20,896 bases of DNA from Candidatus Thorarchaeota archaeon. GTDB taxonomy: Archaea > Asgardarchaeota > Thorarchaeia > Thorarchaeales > Thorarchaeaceae. Shown here piece by piece: positions 15,855 through 20,896 of this stretch. The translations under genes were made by a program, and so were the position numbers. Each line of letters starts with the position of its first letter. Positions within the stretch are counted from its first letter, which is position 1. The notes below the pieces were generated by a model that ran no database searches, had not been told where the DNA came from, and saw only the letters and a program-made list of their open reading frames with translations. Location: NCBI GenBank assembly GCA_003345555.1, contig PRDJ01000034.1, positions 1-20,896 on the forward strand, written 5' to 3'.

Positions 15855-17213
15855 ATGGATGCATGTCCTGAGCTCGAACGCCTAGTCTCGATGGACACTG
15901 TCAGTGATGCCAAGGCCGGCAAGCAGACTTCACCGCAGTGTCCGCAATACATCAAAGAGAAGCTCGAGACCTTGGGTTTCACATCGGAGATTCTGGTCTC
16001 GAACGGAGTACTGACCACCTTCAGTCGCAGGGGATACGGCGCCTTCAAGGTACTTTTCTTAGCACACTTCGATGTCGTTCCAGTTGGCGAGGGGTGGAAA
16101 ACGAACCCCTTTGTGCTTAATGTGCAGGGCGAAAAAGCATACGGACGGGGATCGTGCGACGACAAGGGGAACATTGTGTCGTTGCTCCTCTTGGCTGAGA
16201 AGCTCAGCATGTTCGAGCCTCCTTGTACGGTGATGATTGCAGCTACTGGGGATGAGGAACTGGGAGGAGAGAACGGCGCTGGCTACCTTAGAGGATATTT
16301 GATAAAAAACGGACTGTTTCCTGACTACGTGGTTGTGGCTGATGGCAATGGGCAAAAGGTGATACATCGTCGGCGCAATGTCCTGCCAACTACCATCAAG
16401 GTCAAACAGACGCTGGCTCGAACAAGGGGGCAGATCGAGAAGGTTCGGTTTGTTACAGACACGTTCGAGACCGAGACGCGTCATTCAGCATACTTTCGAC
16501 CCGGTGTTGATCGTCATTCGATGCTGGCTGCTTCCAAGTACCTCGATCTCAACCCACAGGTCGTTGTCCGTGGCATCCGAGGAGCATTCCTGAAGACGAA
16601 CGTGATTCCCGATTGGGTGGAGCTGGAGATAGTGCGACCTGCTCCATCTGCTGATGAGGTTGAATATGATAAGGCGTTGACGGGTCTATTCAAGGCCCTG
16701 CTACCGATGTCGAATGCTCAGTTTCCTACGAGGTATTCTGATTTGGGAACCTTCGTCTCTCCAAACTTGCTCTCCCTAGAAAGCAATCTGTGGACCCTAT
16801 ACTGTGACGTGAGAGCGATGACCAATGATAAAGAATCTGTGCGGGCCGCTTTCGAGTCCTCACTGAAGGGTAAGGTCGATATCTTCGCACTTGAAGTGGC
16901 AGCTGGCAAAGGTTTCGTTGAAGCGAAGGTCGACTCAAAACTGATTCGTGCTGCCACATGGGCACTCGAAAAGGAAGGCATCAAGTACACAATCGGAGAG
17001 GGGTACGGCGCATCAGATTCCCGGTACTTCTCTGATGCGAGAGAGGGCCTCTTCGATTTCGGTCCCCGGGGTGATAATGTGCATGGGGCAAACGAGTGGG
17101 TGTCTCTCACTTCGATCGAGGAGAACGCGGCTTTCTACCAGACCTTGCTTGAGGTGCTTTCGCGCGAGAAGCCGGTCTCGGGACGGTCTGTACCGGGCTC
17201 ATCCCGACCTTGA
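15855..17213 (+). CDS. M20 family metallo-hydrolase (ArgE/DapE/dipeptidase-like)
   Basis: LAHFDVVP, GRGSCDDKG, DEELGG, VADG, GASDSRYF and HGANE. ATG 15855 is preferred over TTG 15783. Confidence 0.9.
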   Translation: MDACPELERLVSMDTVSDAKAGKQTSPQCPQYIKEKLETLGFTSEILVSNGVLTTFSRRGYGAFKVLFLAHFDVVPVGEGWKTNPFVLNVQGEKAYGRGSCDDKGNIVSLLLLAEKLSMFEPPCTVMIAATGDEELGGENGAGYLRGYLIKNGLFPDYVVVADGNGQKVIHRRRNVLPTTIKVKQTLARTRGQIEKVRFVTDTFETETRHSAYFRPGVDRHSMLAASKYLDLNPQVVVRGIRGAFLKTNVIPDWVELEIVRPAPSADEVEYDKALTGLFKALLPMSNAQFPTRYSDLGTFVSPNLLSLESNLWTLYCDVRAMTNDKESVRAAFESSLKGKVDIFALEVAAGKGFVEAKVDSKLIRAATWALEKEGIKYTIGEGYGASDSRYFSDAREGLFDFGPRGDNVHGANEWVSLTSIEENAAFYQTLLEVLSREKPVSGRSVPGSSRP

Positions 17214-20200
17214 CTCTGAGGTCTTCAATCTCCCACTCCTTTACATGCTGGAAAGACTTCCAAGCCGTCTTTGACTCGGGACCGACGAGTTGAGTCTTGC
17301 TCGCCCTGGTCTCTGCAGCCAAGTGGTCCGAGAACATCCTCGCAAGCTCCACCGATTCGCTGTCTGAGAACTGAAGCACTAGGCTTATTCTCTGTTCCAC
17401 GTTGAGGTCGAGCTCCTTTCTCATGACCTGAACACGCCTGATCACGTCTCTGACCAGCCCTTCGGCCTCCAGTTCTCTGGTTCGAGTCACGTCCACATAG
17501 ACCTTGCCCACCTTGCTCTCAGCATAGCTCAGATCGTCCGGAAGGCTTTCCTCAAACTCAATATCTTCAGGTTCGAGCACAAACTTTTCACTGCCCAAGG
17601 TGACAACTGCTTTGCCTTTCTGGAGTTCAGTTCTCAGCTTCGACGTGTCCGATTCCTCGAGGGCGGCAAGGATCTTCTTCATTCCATCTCTGTATTTCGG
17701 TCCCAAAGACTTGAAGTTCGGCTTCGCCACAAGACGGACGAAATCAGGCACTACGTCAGACTTCAGAACAAGAAACTCACGCGTATTGAGATCTTCCTCC
17801 AAGAGTGACTTGAGATTCTCGGCGCGCCTTGCTGTATCCGGTGAGGAAGGTATTAGGATTACCTTGCTTACTGGGTGCCGCAGTTTGACACTCTTCTTGT
17901 TCCTTGCATAGGATGAAGCGCTCCTCAGCTCTTCAAGGACGTGGAAGGCTTCCTCCATCTCAGGGTCGGTCAGGTCTTCGTCAGGCTCTGGCATGTCTGT
18001 CAGATTGACTGATTCGGGAAGCTTGTCAGAGAAACGCACGAAAAAGCATGTATGCAGCTTCTCAGTGAGGAAGGGGGTAAAGACATTCAGGCATCTCATT
18101 ACGGTAAAGAGGGTATAGAACATCACGTCGTATGCCATGAGCTTCTTTGGGTCTTCGCTCTCCAGCCACACTCTCTTCTTTACGAGTGGCAAGTATACTC
18201 TGCTGAAGTCCTCGGTTATGAAATCTAGGAGTACCCTTGCAGCCTGATGATAGAAGTACTGCTTCATGTTGGAATGAAATTCCTTCAACACATACTGGAG
18301 TCGCGATACTAGCCATCGATCCTCCAATCCAGAACTCTTGACCTTTCTCTCGAATCTCCCTATATCGAACCTGTACTTGTCGAGGTCCATGTAAGTCTCT
18401 GCAAAGAGAAATATGTTCCAGAGGACATCGATTTTCTTCCTTGTAAGTTCGATTTCGGTCGGACAGTAGTTGGTAGCTGACCATGGGGCAGACTTGCTTA
18501 GAACATAGAGCCTGAAGGGGTCAGCTCCTATGGCCTTCAGTACATCTTTCATCCAAACGACATTGCCCCTAGACTTGCTCATCTTGCCGCCGTCTTCATC
18601 GAGAACATGGCCTTGGCTAACACAAGCTTTGAAGGCCACATTATCGTGCATTACGACGGACGTATACAGGAGGCTATAGAACCACCCCCGAGACTGATCC
18701 ACAGCCTCCGTTATGAAATCGTACGGGAAGAGACGCTCAAACAAATCCCGGTTCTTCAGGTAGTCCACACCAGCTGTGTGGGCCATGCCTGAGTCGAGCC
18801 AGCAGTCGACTACGAACTGTTCACGATGCATCATGCCGCCACATTTGTCGCATCGAAGGACCACCCGGTCTACCCAAGGTCTATGCATCTCAAAGACATC
18901 GGGGAATTCGATTGCGCGCTGTTTCAGCTCCTGCCTAGATCCCACGACGGTCTCTGCCTTGCAGCTATCACAGACCCAAACAGGCAAAGGAGAACCCCAT
19001 ATTCTGGACCGCGAGACACACCAATCGTCAGCACTTGCCACCCAGTCGCCAAAGCGCCCAGTGCCCGCCCACTCGGGTGTCCATTCCACCCGCTTGTTTT
19101 CCTCCAACAGCCTTTCTCGAACGGTCTCCATTTTCAGGAACCATTGTGTCTTATCGGCAAGATAGACAAGAGGAGTATCACATCGCCAGCAATGGGGATA
19201 CTCATGTTCCACAGTTTCCTCATGTATGAGCAGTCCTTTCTCTTTCAGCATTGCTGGTACTATTCGATTTGTGTCGAATACTAACTGGCCGCTGAACATG
19301 GGAACTTCATCCGTGAAGAGACCTGATGACGTGACTGGACAGAACACAGGGACCCCGAATTCCCTGCCCACGTTGAAATCGTCTGGCCCGAATCCAGGCG
19401 CGGTATGCACGAGGCCGGTGCCTTCCTCGACAGTGACATGTGTACCGGTGACAACAGCATGCATGTACTTCTCGTCATGCTGTCGATGCCACTCTATTTC
19501 ATCCCGGAAAGGATGTTCATACTTCCACCCCAGCATCTCCCTGCCCAATACTGTCTCCACGACCTCGTATGAGCTGACCCCGGCTTTCTGCATGACAGTC
19601 TCAATGAGATTCTCGACCAGCCACCAGTACTCATCTCGCACTCGAACCTTTACGTACTTGTGGTCCGGATGAACAGAAACCATCTCGTTGGAGACCAGTG
19701 TGAAGGGGGTCGTTGTCCATATGATCAGGAACTCGTTGTCTTTCCCTACTAGCCTGAACTTGACGTATATTGATGGATCGACCTTCGTCTTGTAACCCTG
19801 TGATACTTCATGAGCTGAGAGTGCAGTCACACACCGAGGACACGTAGGATTTACTCTGTAACCGCGGGCCAATAGTCCCTTTTCATTCGCAGTCTTCAGG
19901 AAGTACCAGACGTGCTCTATGTAGTCATCTCGACGTGTCTCGTATGCGCTCGGATAGTCGAGCCATAGTCCCAGCCGAACGGAGTCCTTTACCCAGCTCT
20001 TCAGATAAGAATCGACCAGTTCTTTGCACTTCTTCACGAACAGGTCCATACCTATCGTCGACTCGATTTGACGCTTTTCGGCTATGCCTTCGTTCTTTTC
20101 CACCTCGAGTTCAACGGGCAGGCCTTGCATATCCCACCCCGCGCGCCTCCAGACGTTGTAGCCTTTCATGGTCATGTAACGAATCTGGACGTCCTTTATG

Positions 20201-20385
20201 GCCCGTCCTCTTCCGTGGCCAACATGCATGAACCCATTCGTGGTTGGAGGGCCCTCGAGAAAGTTCCAAGCTGGTCCTGAATGTCGATACTCGACAGTCT
20301 TCTCGTAGATGTGATTCTTCTTCCAGAAGTCTAGGACCTCAGATTCGAGTGCCTGTGGATCGTAGCGCTTCGGTAGGTAACTCAT
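17107..20385 (-). CDS. ileS: Isoleucyl-tRNA synthetase (archaeal/type 2-like)
   Basis: GPPTTNGFMHVGH (HIGH motif), GWDMQGLPVE, WTTTP, GTGLVHTAPGFG, YPHCWRC, DWCVSRSRIWG, DQSRGWF and KMSKSRGN. SD GAGGAG at 20397-20392. Confidence 0.97.
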   Translation of the reverse strand: MSYLPKRYDPQALESEVLDFWKKNHIYEKTVEYRHSGPAWNFLEGPPTTNGFMHVGHGRGRAIKDVQIRYMTMKGYNVWRRAGWDMQGLPVELEVEKNEGIAEKRQIESTIGMDLFVKKCKELVDSYLKSWVKDSVRLGLWLDYPSAYETRRDDYIEHVWYFLKTANEKGLLARGYRVNPTCPRCVTALSAHEVSQGYKTKVDPSIYVKFRLVGKDNEFLIIWTTTPFTLVSNEMVSVHPDHKYVKVRVRDEYWWLVENLIETVMQKAGVSSYEVVETVLGREMLGWKYEHPFRDEIEWHRQHDEKYMHAVVTGTHVTVEEGTGLVHTAPGFGPDDFNVGREFGVPVFCPVTSSGLFTDEVPMFSGQLVFDTNRIVPAMLKEKGLLIHEETVEHEYPHCWRCDTPLVYLADKTQWFLKMETVRERLLEENKRVEWTPEWAGTGRFGDWVASADDWCVSRSRIWGSPLPVWVCDSCKAETVVGSRQELKQRAIEFPDVFEMHRPWVDRVVLRCDKCGGMMHREQFVVDCWLDSGMAHTAGVDYLKNRDLFERLFPYDFITEAVDQSRGWFYSLLYTSVVMHDNVAFKACVSQGHVLDEDGGKMSKSRGNVVWMKDVLKAIGADPFRLYVLSKSAPWSATNYCPTEIELTRKKIDVLWNIFLFAETYMDLDKYRFDIGRFERKVKSSGLEDRWLVSRLQYVLKEFHSNMKQYFYHQAARVLLDFITEDFSRVYLPLVKKRVWLESEDPKKLMAYDVMFYTLFTVMRCLNVFTPFLTEKLHTCFFVRFSDKLPESVNLTDMPEPDEDLTDPEMEEAFHVLEELRSASSYARNKKSVKLRHPVSKVILIPSSPDTARRAENLKSLLEEDLNTREFLVLKSDVVPDFVRLVAKPNFKSLGPKYRDGMKKILAALEESDTSKLRTELQKGKAVVTLGSEKFVLEPEDIEFEESLPDDLSYAESKVGKVYVDVTRTRELEAEGLVRDVIRRVQVMRKELDLNVEQRISLVLQFSDSESVELARMFSDHLAAETRASKTQLVGPESKTAWKSFQHVKEWEIEDLRVKVGMSPVQTVPRPASRAKAPQARSGRKPRSPRSK

Positions 20386-20496
20386 TGTAGTCTCCTCTCA
20401 TTCAGTATCAACGGTGCGAAGGAACCAGAAGCTGTCTCCATGAAATCATAGGTGAGGATACTGGCTACGCCTGTCGGTGACTTGACGAAGACTCTG

Positions 20497-20517
20497 CTAG
20501 ATGATTTGGCAATCCAT
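20497..20517 (-). CDS. Putative ileS leader peptide MDCQII
   Basis: ATG GAT TGC CAA ATC ATC TAG, preceded by SD AGGTGAG (20531-20525) with 7-nt spacing. Translation is not demonstrated. Confidence 0.45.
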   Translation of the reverse strand: MDCQII

Positions 20518-20563
20518 CCTGTCGCTCACCTATCTGGGCCTGTGGTCCAAACACTCTTGCCCC

Positions 20564-20572
20564 TTTTAAAAA
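20564..20572. promoter_or_regulatory. TATA-like element TTTTAAAAA, plausibly the ileS promoter and possibly bidirectional
   Basis: It is the clearest TATA-like run in the intergenic region. On the - strand it predicts a TSS near 20541-20545, just upstream of the uORF SD. Confidence 0.45.
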
Positions 20573-20738
20573 GCTTAGGCTAGCATGAATTGTCCATCGA
20601 CTGACGGCAGTTCTGAGAGCAGCTTCCTTCAGGCGCTGTCATACGTGATATTGGCGGGACACGCGACCAACGTTTAATTGCCAAGTACGGTCGGTCCAGC
20701 GTTGATTCAATCTCGACACAGCTGCAAGGTGAAAACCG

Positions 20739-20896
20739 ATGAGCTCTCTCGAAGGCAAATCGTTGGACGCGCTCGTTGATATGGTGTTGAACGTACTAAC
20801 TCAGGACTCACTAGGCCTATGGAGCGCTGTTCGAAAGAGAATGGATGCTGAAGGACCCGCCAAAGTGAGGGCGGCCTTTGAGAAAGGTGCTTCGCG
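20739..20896 (+). CDS. 5' part of an unknown protein (MSSLEGKSLDALVDMVLNVLTQDSLGLWSAVRKRMDAEGP...), running off the window
   Basis: SD AAGGTGA at 20726-20732; open frame to the window end (52 codons). Confidence 0.5.
   Translation, partial: MSSLEGKSLDALVDMVLNVLTQDSLGLWSAVRKRMDAEGPAKVRAAFEKGAS

Noticed and set aside
20585-20677. 30-codon ORF MNCPSTDG... on the + strand
   Set aside because: No SD or recognisable content. It is likely chance within the upstream region of the gene at 20739.
11981-20896. Integrated element at the tRNA-Gln gene
   Set aside because: No integrase, no duplicated tRNA 3' end noticed, and the downstream genes are housekeeping.
1-20896. CRISPR array, IS element or tandem repeat
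   Set aside because: No regularly spaced repeats, terminal inverted repeats or transposase motifs were seen by eye.

Overview
Archaeal chromosomal window, most likely from an Asgard archaeon such as a Thorarchaeia-like lineage. That assignment is inferred from the EF-2 variant, roadblock protein, MglA-like GTPase and archaeal PoK/PPS genes; no database was consulted. It encodes a 5'-truncated membrane-anchored protein with a gingipain/caspase-like His-Cys domain, a roadblock/LC7 protein, and an archaeal CoA biosynthesis cluster (coaBC, an orphan ORF, then pok-pps-panE). Further along are an MBL hydrolase, a PLP class V enzyme, an MglA-like small GTPase and a creatininase-family protein. These are followed by tRNA-Gln(CUG) with a 30-nt T-loop (59/60) intron, a SAM methyltransferase, a stand-alone EF-2 with HTG at the diphthamide loop, an M20 hydrolase, IleRS and the start of an unknown gene. 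No mobile element or CRISPR array is evident. The most striking unexplained structure is the ~155-nt ileS leader. It holds an SD-equipped mini-ORF ending in two Ile codons (MDCQII*), an anti-SD mimic, and mutually exclusive pairings over the ileS SD that include a T-box-like UGGU bulge. This is a candidate Ile-sensing switch in an archaeon.
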